A stretch of 64,000 nt of DNA, taken from NCBI GenBank assembly GCA_965262645.1, contig CBDHFO010000017.1, positions 2,616,582 through 2,680,581 of the forward strand. The letters run 5' to 3'. Each line of letters opens with the position of its first letter. Position 1 is the first letter of the stretch. Of the stretch, positions 45,994 to 55,977 are shown piece after piece. The DNA is from Candidatus Marinacidobacterium sp. (GTDB lineage: Bacteria; Acidobacteriota; Vicinamibacteria; Marinacidobacterales; Marinacidobacteraceae). The position numbers and the translations under genes are program-made. The notes under the pieces were generated by a model. It had not been told where the DNA came from. It did no database searches and worked only from the letters and a program-made list of their open reading frames with translations.

Positions 45994-47847
45994 ATGCCCA
46001 GATCCGTCACGAACCCGCTCCCGTGCCTTCTCGCCGTAGCCTTGGTCGCCGCGGGCGCGGCCGGCGCCGGCCAGGAAACCCGGGAGCCCCGGATCGTGGT
46101 GGATCCCGACTACCTCGTCAGCCGGGATGGCGACCGGCCTCACGTCGAGATCATGGCGGCCGCGAACCCGCGCAATCCACGCAACCTGCTGGCCGGCGCC
46201 ATCACCTTCACCCGTCCCGACGGCGGGGCCGCCACCAAGGCCTACGTCAGCTTCGACGGCGGCGTTCAGTGGGACGACGTCACCTTCCCGGAGCAGAAGG
46301 AGACGGGTGGGGGCGATCCCCAGGTGGCGTTCACCGCGGCCGGCACGGCGATCTTCGCCACCCTCGCCACCCGGGCGGATGAGACCGGCCGCACGCGGGC
46401 GTTCCTTCACACCTACCGGTCCGAAGACGGAGGACGGACCTGGTCGGCTCCCTACGACCTCGGGGCCTCGTACGACCACCCCATGCTGGCGGCCGATCAG
46501 ACGACGGGGCGCTTTGCCGGACGGTTGTACATGAGTGTCCTCTACGGCCGCGAATACAGCCTCGGCGTCTTCCGCTCGGAAGACGACGGCAGAAGCTGGA
46601 TCGGCCCGGTGAAGTTCCTGGACGGCGCCGGCGAGCGAGGGCTCAACGTGGACCCCACGGTGGTGTTTCACGACGGGGCCGTCATGGTTCCCTTCGTGGA
46701 CTTCCCGTCCAACCCCGAACAGACCGCCAACTGGACCGAATCGCGACTCTGGACGGTCGTTTCGACCGACGGTGGGGTGACGTTCTCCGAGCCGAAGCCG
46801 GGCCCGGTGAAGATGACGGGCGAGGAGACGCGCCTGGCGAGGGAGGGGACACCGCGTTTTCGGGGCGGCTCCTGGACCATGCTCGCGGCGGACCGCAGCC
46901 AGCGTTTCCGGGATCGCGCCTACGCGGTCTGGCCCGACTACTCGGAGGGGCTTCCGCGCGTCGTGATTTCCTGGTCCGGCGACCGCGGTTCCACCTGGAG
47001 CGACCCCGGGCCAGTGGCGTCCCCGGGGGGTCCGGATGTCCAGCAGTTCCAGCCCGCGGTCGCCGTCAACCGGGACGGCGTGCTGGGGGTAAGTTGGTAC
47101 GACACCCGGCAGGCTCCGTCGCGGTTCGCCTTCCACGAGTACTTCGCGGCTTCCTTCGACGGCGGCGAGACGTTCACCTCACCGATCCAGGTTTCGGGAT
47201 CGCTCTCCGAGCCCCTGGGCTCCGGCCATCTGGTGCCCGCTCCGGTGACCTTCAGCGGAACCGAAGGAGAGCTGCGGGTCGCGCTGATCTCCGCGGCTTC
47301 GCGCTGGGTGAATGGTGGCGACTACCTGGGTCTTACCACGTCGTCCGACGGGCACTTCCACCCGGTCTGGGCCGACGCGCGGTCGGGCGCCTATCAGGTG
47401 TACACGGCGGCGGTACGGATCGTGGACGGACCGCCCGCGCCGCCGGCGACGGCCGGGGAACCGGTGGACATCACCGGGCGGATCGAACTCGTGAACGACC
47501 CCGGAAGCTATGACGCCGAGACCGGAGTGGCCGACCTCTGGATCCGGCTACGGAATGTGTCGGCCGCTCCCCTCGCGGGACCGATCGAGGTGGAGATCCG
47601 CAAGTTCGGGAGCGGCATGGGAGACATGTTTTCGGAACTCGCCCCGGAGGTCCTCAACGCAGATAACGGACGGCGCGGAAACGGCGCCGTCTTCCGCTAC
47701 GACGAAGTGCTCGGCAGCGATGGCGTCCTCCCTCCCGGCGGCGTCAGCGGCGCGGTCCTCTGGCGTCTCAAGCTCGCGGAGCCGGTCCGCATTCCCAATC
47801 TGCACCTCTACATCACCGGCCGCGAGGTGGTCGCGGAGCCGCGGTAG
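45994..47847 (+). CDS. secreted BNR/Asp-box six-bladed propeller (exo-alpha-sialidase-like), copy 1
   Basis: Signal CLLAVALVAAGAAGAG. Asp boxes SFDGGVQW, SEDGGRTWS, SEDDGRSW, STDGGVTFS, SGDRGSTWS, SFDGGETFT. Confidence 0.75.
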   Translation: MPRSVTNPLPCLLAVALVAAGAAGAGQETREPRIVVDPDYLVSRDGDRPHVEIMAAANPRNPRNLLAGAITFTRPDGGAATKAYVSFDGGVQWDDVTFPEQKETGGGDPQVAFTAAGTAIFATLATRADETGRTRAFLHTYRSEDGGRTWSAPYDLGASYDHPMLAADQTTGRFAGRLYMSVLYGREYSLGVFRSEDDGRSWIGPVKFLDGAGERGLNVDPTVVFHDGAVMVPFVDFPSNPEQTANWTESRLWTVVSTDGGVTFSEPKPGPVKMTGEETRLAREGTPRFRGGSWTMLAADRSQRFRDRAYAVWPDYSEGLPRVVISWSGDRGSTWSDPGPVASPGGPDVQQFQPAVAVNRDGVLGVSWYDTRQAPSRFAFHEYFAASFDGGETFTSPIQVSGSLSEPLGSGHLVPAPVTFSGTEGELRVALISAASRWVNGGDYLGLTTSSDGHFHPVWADARSGAYQVYTAAVRIVDGPPAPPATAGEPVDITGRIELVNDPGSYDAETGVADLWIRLRNVSAAPLAGPIEVEIRKFGSGMGDMFSELAPEVLNADNGRRGNGAVFRYDEVLGSDGVLPPGGVSGAVLWRLKLAEPVRIPNLHLYITGREVVAEPR

Positions 47848-47879
47848 CTCGCGCGGATCGGCGGTCGGCTCACGCACCG

Positions 47880-48131
47880 AGCGCGATCCAGTGGTGGGTC
47901 GAGGCGCTCGTGAAGGACCGACTACTCCGGTTGCAGGCGGTGACGCAGGTCCCAGGACGAGCCTGGCTCCAGTTCAAAGTGAAGCCGACGGAGGGCGGCA
48001 GCCAGATCACCCAGACGGCCGTTTTTGATCCGCTCGGACTGGAAGGGCTCCTCTACTGGTACGGGCTTTATCGGATCCACTGGCTGATCTTTCGGCGGAT
48101 GCTGCGCGTAGTGGCAGCGCGGAGGTGTTGA
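47880..48131 (+). pseudogene. DUF2867 fragment F3 (divergent)
   Basis: KDRLLRLQAVTQVPGRAWLQFKVKPTEGGSQITQTAVFDPLGLEGLLYWYGLYRIHWLIFRRMLRVVAARRC*. Confidence 0.6.
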
Positions 48132-48594
48132 GCGGCTTCGACCCCTCCTCGAATGAAGGAGCCCTTCCTGAGTCGCCTCGGTCACCACCTGGATCTGGGT
48201 GCGTACCCTGTTACGTCAGCAAGAGCCCCGACACCCACGTCCATAGGCGAGATGTGTTGCGCCGCCGCCGCCCGAGGGCTACTCGCATGGATCCGAATCA
48301 GGTCGCTCAGCGGCCATCACCAAGCACCTAGCCTGTGGATGACGCGTAGGGTCTGACGTCAATACATCGAAGACCCGAGCGGCTGATCGGCCCGGTACCG
48401 AGAGGCGAGTAACGAAGCACAGCGCAACATGTGAGCGGCACCTTGTGCCCATGCAGTGCAGATAAGTCGGCCGTCCGCCGCTACTCAACGTACAATAAAC
48501 ACGCTCCGGTGGGCGTGGAGCCTCCCATCACGACAAAGACACCGGGTGGGCGGCATGTGGCCTCCCTCACACTGGTTCGAGAGGCTACCGAAAC

Positions 48595-49581
48595 ATGGCG
48601 ACAGCTGATCACGTCAAAGCGCTAGTCCAAAGCCATGCCGCCGGCGACGAGGAACGCTTCTATGCCGTTGCCATGCAGGTGGCCGCGCAGGCTGCCCGCC
48701 AAGGGCACGTGCGATTCGCGAGAGACCTTCGCACTTTGGTCGATGAGGCGAAGAGCCGCTGGTCGGTAGCTGAATCTGGGCAGCAGACGAGGCCCATCCC
48801 GATAGTACAGCCGCGCGGAGAGTTGGCGGGACTACTTTCCGCAGAGTTTCCAAAACTCCGAATGTCCGACATGGATTTGGACTTAGCCGTTCGATCCAAG
48901 ATTGACCGGGTACTGCTAGAGCAGAGACAGCGCGCGAGACTTCTAGGACACGGGATGTCCCCGTTGCGGAAGACCCTGCTGGTCGGGCCTCCAGGTACAG
49001 GAAAAACCATGACGGCTAAAGCTCTCGCCGGCGAATTGAGTGTCCCGCTATTCACGATTCAACTCGACGGTCTGATCACCCGGTACCTGGGTGAGACTGC
49101 CGCCAAGCTTCGTCTGGTATTTGACGCGGTTCAGAGCAGCCGCGCCGTCTATCTGTTTGACGAATTCGACGCCTTGGGCGGAGACAGGACGGTCCGAAAC
49201 GAAGTAGGAGAAATTCGCCGGATTCTGAATTCCTTCCTTCAGTTTCTGGAGAATGATGAATCGGACAGCATCATAATTGCGGCTACTAACCACCCGAGCC
49301 TATTGGATGTTGCCCTCTTCCGTAGATTTGATCAGCTCATCAAATATAGCCTGCCATCTGATGCAACCACTAGGAAGCTGATCTGCCGCTCATTGAGGCT
49401 ACTGGGTGCGTTGCGGGTCGATTGGAGAGAAGTCCTCGCTGCCGCCGCAGGCTTGAGTCATTCCGATGTCGCGAGAGCATGCGAACAGGCGCTCAAGGAA
49501 TCCATTCTTGATGAGCGAACGTTCGTCGATACAGCACGGCTCGTGGACGCGCTGAATGTCAGGCAAACACTCTACCGTTAA
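48595..49581 (+). CDS. AAA+ ATPase, IetA-like
   Basis: Walker A GPPGTGKT, Walker B VYLFDEFD, sensor region IIIAATNHP. It lies 17 nt upstream of the S8 protease gene. Confidence 0.75.
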   Translation: MATADHVKALVQSHAAGDEERFYAVAMQVAAQAARQGHVRFARDLRTLVDEAKSRWSVAESGQQTRPIPIVQPRGELAGLLSAEFPKLRMSDMDLDLAVRSKIDRVLLEQRQRARLLGHGMSPLRKTLLVGPPGTGKTMTAKALAGELSVPLFTIQLDGLITRYLGETAAKLRLVFDAVQSSRAVYLFDEFDALGGDRTVRNEVGEIRRILNSFLQFLENDESDSIIIAATNHPSLLDVALFRRFDQLIKYSLPSDATTRKLICRSLRLLGALRVDWREVLAAAAGLSHSDVARACEQALKESILDERTFVDTARLVDALNVRQTLYR

Positions 49582-49598
49582 AGCGAGACTCTCTTTCC

Positions 49599-52142
49599 GT
49601 GCCGTCCAAACGCAACCGTAGGCATATCCTCGTTCCGAGGAAACCGGCGACCGAGCCCTACCAGCCTCACCCACGAGACATCGATCCGCCAAGCCATCCG
49701 GAGCCGCCGGATAGACGGCGCCACGCGGCAACACTACGTGGCGCTCTACTACAAGCGCAGCAAGAAGGGCTAAACCGGCGCCTTGCCAGCCCGATATCCG
49801 TGGGCGGCGCCCAGCCGGGCCTCTACATAGAGTTTCGCAGCTTACCGGGCGGGGGGCTCAAGCTGGAATCATTGGAAGATCGGCGTTGCGGGATCGAGCT
49901 GGTGGCGGTCCAACGCGCTCGAATGCACCAAGAGGACGCACCTGTCGAGATCGCTACGGTTTTCGTGCCAGATGGTGCACTTAAGAGATTCTTCACCCGT
50001 TTCCGCGAATACGCGGAAGAACTCACCGGGACGGGGCAGCCTCGACACCGGGAAATGGTGGACCGTATTGCTGGTCTCAGGAGAGCAACCCTGCGCGCGC
50101 TGTGGACGGACGCGAGTGATGTCTATCCGGCGGAAGACGAGACAATGTGGTGGGAGGTGTGGCTGCGACGTCAAGACGGGAAAGAGGTAGCTAGGCTGGT
50201 TGAATTCGCAGAGCAGTCTGGGCTCCGCATTGGCGATCGACACCTAGGGTTTGCGGAGCGCATTGTAGTGCTTGTTAGTGGCTCCGTCGGTCAGCTTTCG
50301 GGATCGTTGGACGTTCTGGGTGACGTGGCTGAGGTGCGAAAAGCGAAGGAAAGCAGCGCCTTCTTTGTGAACGCCGACCCGGACGAAGAGGCGGATTGGC
50401 TCGTCGACTTGAAGAGGCGAGTTCAACGAGCAGAACAGGAAGCACCCGCAGTTTGTCTGCTAGATACGGGCATTACACGCGGACATCCGCTGCTAGTGGA
50501 TCTTGTGAGACCTGAGGACGCGATGGCAGTGGATCCCACGTGGGGCGGGCACGATGACGGAGGGGGTTCAGCTGCTATAGGCCACGGTACGCAGATGGCA
50601 GGCTTGGCCGCATACGGAGATCTCACATCGGTGCTATCCGGGACGGGCCCTGTCTATTTGCGGCACGTCCTGGAATCGGTGAAGATCCTGCCGCCGAGGG
50701 GTCAAACTCCGCGGCAGCTGTACGGGGCGGTCACGGTACAGGCAGTAATGCGCCCGGAGGAGATGACTCCGGGCCGGCGGCGCGTTTTTTCTATGGCCGT
50801 GACGGCTGCTGACGATCGAGATCGTGGCCAGCCCACGTCGTGGTCAGCGGCGATCGATGCGCTTGCGGCCGGGCGTGCGTTCGACTCGACGGCGAAGGGG
50901 CTGACCTATCTTGATTCCGCAGAGGATGGCGCCCAGCGGTTGTTCATACTCAGCGCGGGAAATGTTCCGTCGGTGCGGATTCAGAAGGATCACCTGGGCC
51001 GTAGTGATCTAGAGCCTGTGCACGACCCGGCACAGGCGTGGAACGCACTGACGGTGGGTGCGTTCACGGAAAGAGCAACGATGCAGTCGATAGGACATGG
51101 AAACTGGGCACCGATAGCTTCGGCCGGCGAGTTGTCTCCGTGGAGCACGACCTCACTGACTTTCGAGGAGCGTTGGCCCAACAAACCAGACCTTGTCTAC
51201 GAGGGCGGCAATGTTGCATCAGATGGACAGAACATTGAGGAGTCGAATCCAGACTTGTGTCTGCTCTCGACACACTATAGGCCAACCCAGAGAGCCTTTT
51301 GCTTGTCATGGGCAACCAGTGCTGCTGCGGCCCAAATCGCGAGAATGGCGGCGGTCATCAGTGCCGACTACCCAGAGTTTTGGCCGGAAACTATCCGAGC
51401 ACTCTTGATTCACACGTCGGAGTGGACTCGCGCCATGGGCAGCCATTTGAATCCGGGGAGCGGCAAGAACGCGAGGGCTAGGCTGATTCGCAGATATGGC
51501 TTCGGGGTGCCGCGCCTGGAAAGAGCCTTGCGCAGTGCGAACGATAGTCTCACTCTGATTTCCCAGGCCAGCATGCGGCCCTTCGTCAACGGCAAGATGC
51601 ATGAGATGCATTTGCATGAGCTGCCGTGGCCTAAGGAGGTGTTGAGGGAGCTGGGAGACGAGGAGGTCACGCTCCGCGTGACCCTGTCATACTTTGTGGA
51701 ACCGAATCCAGGGCGACGAGGTTGGAAGAAACGGCATCAGTACAGCTCACACGGATTGCGGTTTGATTTGAAGCAGCCTACGGAGACTGTAGATGACTTC
51801 CGCAAGCGGCTGAACAAGCTAGCCCTGGGAGAGAAGGAGAAGAAGCCGCGAACAGGAGGGGGTTCCTCCGAATGGGTTGTCGGTGAGGTCGCACGGAGCA
51901 AGGGCTCGGTGCATTCTGATCGCTGGAAGGGAACAGCAGCAGATTTAGCGGAGCGAGGAGTGGTGGGAATCTACCCGGTGTCGGGATGGTGGAAGGAGCG
52001 CCGAAGCCACGGCGCGACCGAGGGAAGAGGTCGATATGCACTGGTTCTCTCAATAGAAACGGCGGCGGTCGGCGTGGACATTTGGACGCCGGTAGCTCTT
52101 GAGGTTGGCGTTCCGGTGGAAGAGGAAGTCAGCGTCAGCTAA
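49599..52142 (+). CDS. S8 (subtilisin-like) serine peptidase, IetS-like
   Basis: Catalytic triad contexts CLLDTGI (Asp), GHGTQMAG (His) and SWATSAAAAQIA (Ser). 847 aa. Confidence 0.75.
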   Translation: MPSKRNRRHILVPRKPATEPYQPHPRDIDPPSHPEPPDRRRHAATLRGALLQAQQEGLNRRLASPISVGGAQPGLYIEFRSLPGGGLKLESLEDRRCGIELVAVQRARMHQEDAPVEIATVFVPDGALKRFFTRFREYAEELTGTGQPRHREMVDRIAGLRRATLRALWTDASDVYPAEDETMWWEVWLRRQDGKEVARLVEFAEQSGLRIGDRHLGFAERIVVLVSGSVGQLSGSLDVLGDVAEVRKAKESSAFFVNADPDEEADWLVDLKRRVQRAEQEAPAVCLLDTGITRGHPLLVDLVRPEDAMAVDPTWGGHDDGGGSAAIGHGTQMAGLAAYGDLTSVLSGTGPVYLRHVLESVKILPPRGQTPRQLYGAVTVQAVMRPEEMTPGRRRVFSMAVTAADDRDRGQPTSWSAAIDALAAGRAFDSTAKGLTYLDSAEDGAQRLFILSAGNVPSVRIQKDHLGRSDLEPVHDPAQAWNALTVGAFTERATMQSIGHGNWAPIASAGELSPWSTTSLTFEERWPNKPDLVYEGGNVASDGQNIEESNPDLCLLSTHYRPTQRAFCLSWATSAAAAQIARMAAVISADYPEFWPETIRALLIHTSEWTRAMGSHLNPGSGKNARARLIRRYGFGVPRLERALRSANDSLTLISQASMRPFVNGKMHEMHLHELPWPKEVLRELGDEEVTLRVTLSYFVEPNPGRRGWKKRHQYSSHGLRFDLKQPTETVDDFRKRLNKLALGEKEKKPRTGGGSSEWVVGEVARSKGSVHSDRWKGTAADLAERGVVGIYPVSGWWKERRSHGATEGRGRYALVLSIETAAVGVDIWTPVALEVGVPVEEEVSVS

Positions 52143-52234
52143 GAATCTGAACGAAAATCTAGGACGGATCGATTGGCGAGCGGCTGGCGCGCCGCGATGC
52201 CGAGTTGGTGATCGGGGTGCGTTTGCCTGACCGC

Positions 52235-52342
52235 GCCTAGCGGTAGCTTCTCGGGGAGGCGCTTCCAGCGCGTAGAGATGTAAGCGGTACGACCGTCACT
52301 CTATCCGGGCGCTCGTAGCCAAACCCCGTACCGGTCACCACG
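52235..52342 (-). pseudogene. 3' remnant of a DUF4143-type ATPase gene abutting the IS256 end
   Basis: LVVTGTGFGYERPDRVTVVPL compares with VVVTGTGYGYERPDGVTVVPV at 63629-63700. DNA identity is about 80% over about 60 nt. Confidence 0.5.
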
Positions 52343-52343
52343 A

Positions 52344-53731
52344 GAGCTATGACCGAAAGTGGGTGACGGCGAGAGAAGGGGGTGGCGTATCGTGGGAGTA
52401 ACCAACCTTCCACATCTCCAAAGAGGAGTGATACGCCATGACGGAGAGTACCGTTGTTTTCCTTCCCTCAGCAGAGGGAGTTGAGGACCCGCTGACGGAG
52501 GTTCTGCGAGCGGGGGCCCGGCAGTTGGTGAGGCACGCGGTGGAAGCGGAGGTGGCGGCGCTGCTGGCGGCCTACGCCGATCATCGGACCGAGACCGGCC
52601 GTCGGCGCCTGGTGCGTCACGGGCATGGCCCGGAGCGGGAGATCCTGACGGGGATCGGGCCGGTTCCAGTGCGGCGGCCGAAAGTACGGGACCGCGGAGG
52701 CGGGGGGGAGGATCGGATCCGGTTTTCCTCGACGATCCTGCCCCGTTTCGCGCGCCGGACGCGCTCGTTGGACGCGGCGCTGCCGACGCTGTATCTGCTG
52801 GGAGTGTCGAGCGGGGACTTCGGGGAGGCGCTGTCGGAGCTGGTGGGTCCGGGGGCGTCGGGGCTGTCGCCGGGTGTGATCGGTCGTCTCAAATCGGCAT
52901 GGGAGGCGGAGCACGAGCGTTGGCGTCTCCGGGATCTCTCGAGACGGCGGTATGTCTACGTTTGGGCGGACGGGATCTACCTTCAGGGTCGGCTGGAAGA
53001 CGAGAAGCAGTGCGTTTTGGTGTTGATCGGGGCGACGCCGGAGGGCCGGAAGGAACTGCTGGGGTTCCAGGCGGGGTTCCGGGAGAGCGCTCAGAGCTGG
53101 CGGAAACTCTTGGAGGATCTGAAGGGGCGTGGCCTCACGATCCGCCCGGAACTGGCGATCGGGGACGGGGCTCTCGGCTTCTGGAAGGCGCTGGACGCGA
53201 GCTTCCCCCAGACGCGCCGCCAGCGCTGCTGGGTGCACAAAACCGCAAACGTGTTGAACGCGTTGCCGAAGGCCCGGCAGCGGAACGCGAAGCAGGACCT
53301 GCACCAGATCTGGATGGCGGCGGGCCGCGCCGCGGCGGAGAAGGCATTGGACACCTTCGCCGCCAAATACCAGGCCAAGTATCCGAAGGCGGTCACCTGC
53401 CTGACCAAGGACCGGGAGGAGCTGCTCGCGTTCTACGACTTCCCGGCGGAGCACTGGCAGCACATCCGGACCACGAACCCCATCGAGAGCGTCTTCGCCA
53501 CAGTCCGGCATCGCACCGTTCGCAGCAAGGGCTGCCTCTCCCACCAGACGGCGCTCGCGATGGTCTTCAAGCTGGTGACCGCAGCCAGCAAGACCTGGCG
53601 CCGCCTCAACGGCTATGAAAAGTTGCCCCGGGTCATCCAGGGCGTCAAATTCACCAACGGCATTCCGGCCGACGAAACCGAAACCCGCGCCGCCGCCTGA
53701 TCATGTCGTCACCCACTTTCGACCATAGCTC
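52344..53731 (+). mobile_element. IS256-family insertion sequence
   Basis: Imperfect terminal inverted repeats GAGCTATGACCGAAAGTGGGTGACG (left) and CGTCACCCACTTTCGACCATAGCTC (right). No clear target duplication seen. Confidence 0.8.
52438..53700 (+). CDS. IS256-family transposase
   Basis: 420 aa; EVLRAGARQLV..AVEAEVAALL, YVWADGIY, RQRCWVHKTANVLNALP, TTNPIESVF. Confidence 0.85.
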   Translation: MTESTVVFLPSAEGVEDPLTEVLRAGARQLVRHAVEAEVAALLAAYADHRTETGRRRLVRHGHGPEREILTGIGPVPVRRPKVRDRGGGGEDRIRFSSTILPRFARRTRSLDAALPTLYLLGVSSGDFGEALSELVGPGASGLSPGVIGRLKSAWEAEHERWRLRDLSRRRYVYVWADGIYLQGRLEDEKQCVLVLIGATPEGRKELLGFQAGFRESAQSWRKLLEDLKGRGLTIRPELAIGDGALGFWKALDASFPQTRRQRCWVHKTANVLNALPKARQRNAKQDLHQIWMAAGRAAAEKALDTFAAKYQAKYPKAVTCLTKDREELLAFYDFPAEHWQHIRTTNPIESVFATVRHRTVRSKGCLSHQTALAMVFKLVTAASKTWRRLNGYEKLPRVIQGVKFTNGIPADETETRAAA

Positions 53732-54008
53732 CGCCGTTCCCAAGGAGCGCCGGTCTTCAACGGGCCCAGTGCACTTCGCGCAGCCGGCCGATCCTGTCCC
53801 GGTCCCGGACCGTCGCCCATTCCCGCTCTTCAGACGCCTCCCTGGCGTAGAGAACGCTCAGACCCGTCATCAATCTTGGCTTTTACGATATGTCGCTCCG
53901 CCTTCTAGCCGTTCTCGGACGGTTCGTTTTGCCCCGACCTGGTGCCGGACCGTCCCGTTCCCTCGCGACACCCCGCCCAATCTTCGACCTTCCTGCCCAT
54001 CCAACGCG

Positions 54009-55361
54009 TCACGCCTCAAATCGATAGCCCTTGCCCAGCACGACTTCATCCCAGTTCGGGAGCGCTCCCTCCCTCACCATGTGCAGTATTGCCCCCCGGC
54101 AGAACTCCTGGGCTCTACCGACCGTGCCGGCATCCTCCTCTCGGTTTTTTCTCTTTAGGCCCCTGCCATGCAGGACACTGGATGCCAGTCCATACCCCTT
54201 CCGGAGGGTATCGAAACAGGCTTTGCGCTCGTCATAAGTCTCCCCGAGAAGCCATGCCCCTCTTGTAGCGATACGAAACTGAATTTCAGACGAGTTTCCG
54301 GAGTCGCCGGCCAGCAGCACCGATTCCAGAGCTATTCGCAGTTCCACAAGCTGTTCCTCAAGCGGTCTGCCCCGTTTCGATCTCCTCCACCTGGCTATCG
54401 CGACATCGAGCGCCGAGAACCTCCTTAGCCGTCCCTCAATTTCCAAGCTTCGCGTGAGTTGCTCGTCTGAGATCGACCGTGGCGACCCGCTGCTCGTCTC
54501 CTGCAACGACGCCCCATGGCCTGGGTTAAGGAAGAATGCGTCGATGTCCCCGTAGTTCGACCAACCTCGAAACCAATCCACGTTGTTGTCGATTTCGAGC
54601 GACATCGCCCGGCAGAGACCTGCGACGGACACCTGCGACAGTTCCGGATTCCTGATTCGGGGCCGCGGAACATCTTCGGAAAACTTCTTCTTTTCCGCAT
54701 CGGGGCAATAAAGCGCCGGTCCGACCTCGGTTTCGAGCGACAGCATCGCCCGCCGGCCATACTGCTCGTACTTGATGTCACCAGCATCCAGTTGGACATA
54801 AAGGGATCTCGGAAACTCCTCGCCGTTGCCCGACAGTGTTTCCAGAACGAGCCCGTTCCTGGGCGATATCCGTCCGTCGTTGAGCACCCCCTTGAGCAGG
54901 AAGCATTGCCAGACCGGGATGGGCTGCCCTTGGACCCAGCCGCAAAATGTTGCCGCGGTCCGTTCCGGCCCGATTCGGGCCGATGCCAGTACGAGTATCC
55001 GGGCATAGTCTTCGACCGAGGGCAGCCGAGGAGAAGCCGACGCTCCCGTCAGCCTGTAGAGACCGTTGCCGACTGCGCCCGTGTCGGACGCCCGATAGGG
55101 CGCAAGCATCGGAGCGATCGCCGAAACGAGACCGGCGAGCTCGCCTTCGGGCACGGCGACCGAATTGGCGCCGTTAAGCCGGTAGTCATGATGACGCTTC
55201 CCGGAATAGAGTTCGTGCATCTCACTCGCACCGAAACTCCGTCTCCAGACATTGCGGAACTGCGTCCGGCGGAGGGCCCATTGGATACATTGCTCCAGGC
55301 GTTCACGCTCCACGACGTTCGTCTCCTTGCGCCATGCCGGCGTCTCGCGCGGGAACGTCAT
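54009..55361 (-). CDS. Apea-like HEPN-domain protein (ApeA-like)
   Basis: The C-terminal 130 aa, LRIALESVLL...EIQFRIATRGAWLLG...LRKGYGLASSVLHG, fit the HEPN helix pattern. However, the RSxxxH position reads ASSVLH. Confidence 0.55.
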   Translation of the reverse strand: MTFPRETPAWRKETNVVERERLEQCIQWALRRTQFRNVWRRSFGASEMHELYSGKRHHDYRLNGANSVAVPEGELAGLVSAIAPMLAPYRASDTGAVGNGLYRLTGASASPRLPSVEDYARILVLASARIGPERTAATFCGWVQGQPIPVWQCFLLKGVLNDGRISPRNGLVLETLSGNGEEFPRSLYVQLDAGDIKYEQYGRRAMLSLETEVGPALYCPDAEKKKFSEDVPRPRIRNPELSQVSVAGLCRAMSLEIDNNVDWFRGWSNYGDIDAFFLNPGHGASLQETSSGSPRSISDEQLTRSLEIEGRLRRFSALDVAIARWRRSKRGRPLEEQLVELRIALESVLLAGDSGNSSEIQFRIATRGAWLLGETYDERKACFDTLRKGYGLASSVLHGRGLKRKNREEDAGTVGRAQEFCRGAILHMVREGALPNWDEVVLGKGYRFEA

Positions 55362-55480
55362 CGCGACGAGCCGAAACCGGCTTCCCGAATACTATAAATG
55401 CCATGCTATGTAGGCGCCCTGCACCTGTCCGCCGCACCATCCCGGTCAGCGTGTCCTCCACACCGCGCGTACCCACACTC

Positions 55481-55891
55481 CTAAAGCCCCAACTCCATGG
55501 CGTTGGTCCAGGAACCTTCAAAGGTCCAATCGTCGGGAAAGGTTTGCAGACGTGCGCATTCTCTTACTGAAAAGTACCTTACAGAACCGTCTTTTGGTCT
55601 GACTGAATTCTCGCCACCGGGCACTCCGTTGTCACCGGCCTTTGGTGTCTTAGATGGTTCATCCCATTTACTTCCGTCATGACCGGGATAGGCGCGAACT
55701 CCGGGATTCAAAAAGTGATTGGAATCGTCAATTGCAGTTTGTCCCTCTTCTATGGAAGGTAAATCAGATATGGCATCGCGAACTGTACGCCATGGTACTC
55801 CTAATCGGTCTGAGCTCAATGCAGAAACCCTCGCTATTCGGTTCCGCCGCTTGGCGCGCGGTCCCGAGTTCCTCGCCGGGGCCGCTTTCAT
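55481..55891 (-). pseudogene. C-terminal relic of a DNA (cytosine-5) methyltransferase
   Basis: TVRDAISDLP...AYPGHDGS..DEPSKT...RYFSVRECARLQTFPDDWTFEGS (TRD and motif IX). The N-terminal catalytic half and the final QIGNAVP motif are missing. Confidence 0.65.
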
Positions 55892-55977
55892 CCCAAGGCG
55901 GCCGTGGTCCGTGGTGATGTCCTGATCTCGGATCCCTCAAGTCCGCGCTTCAGGGTGTCCCTCAGGTTGCCATGCCG

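Larger units (their letters stand above)
45873..47850 (+). repeat. about 2-kb direct repeat, copy A
   Basis: Near-identical to 58144-60127 (about a dozen amino-acid differences in 634, plus one 6-nt GCCGGC indel). Confidence 0.9.
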
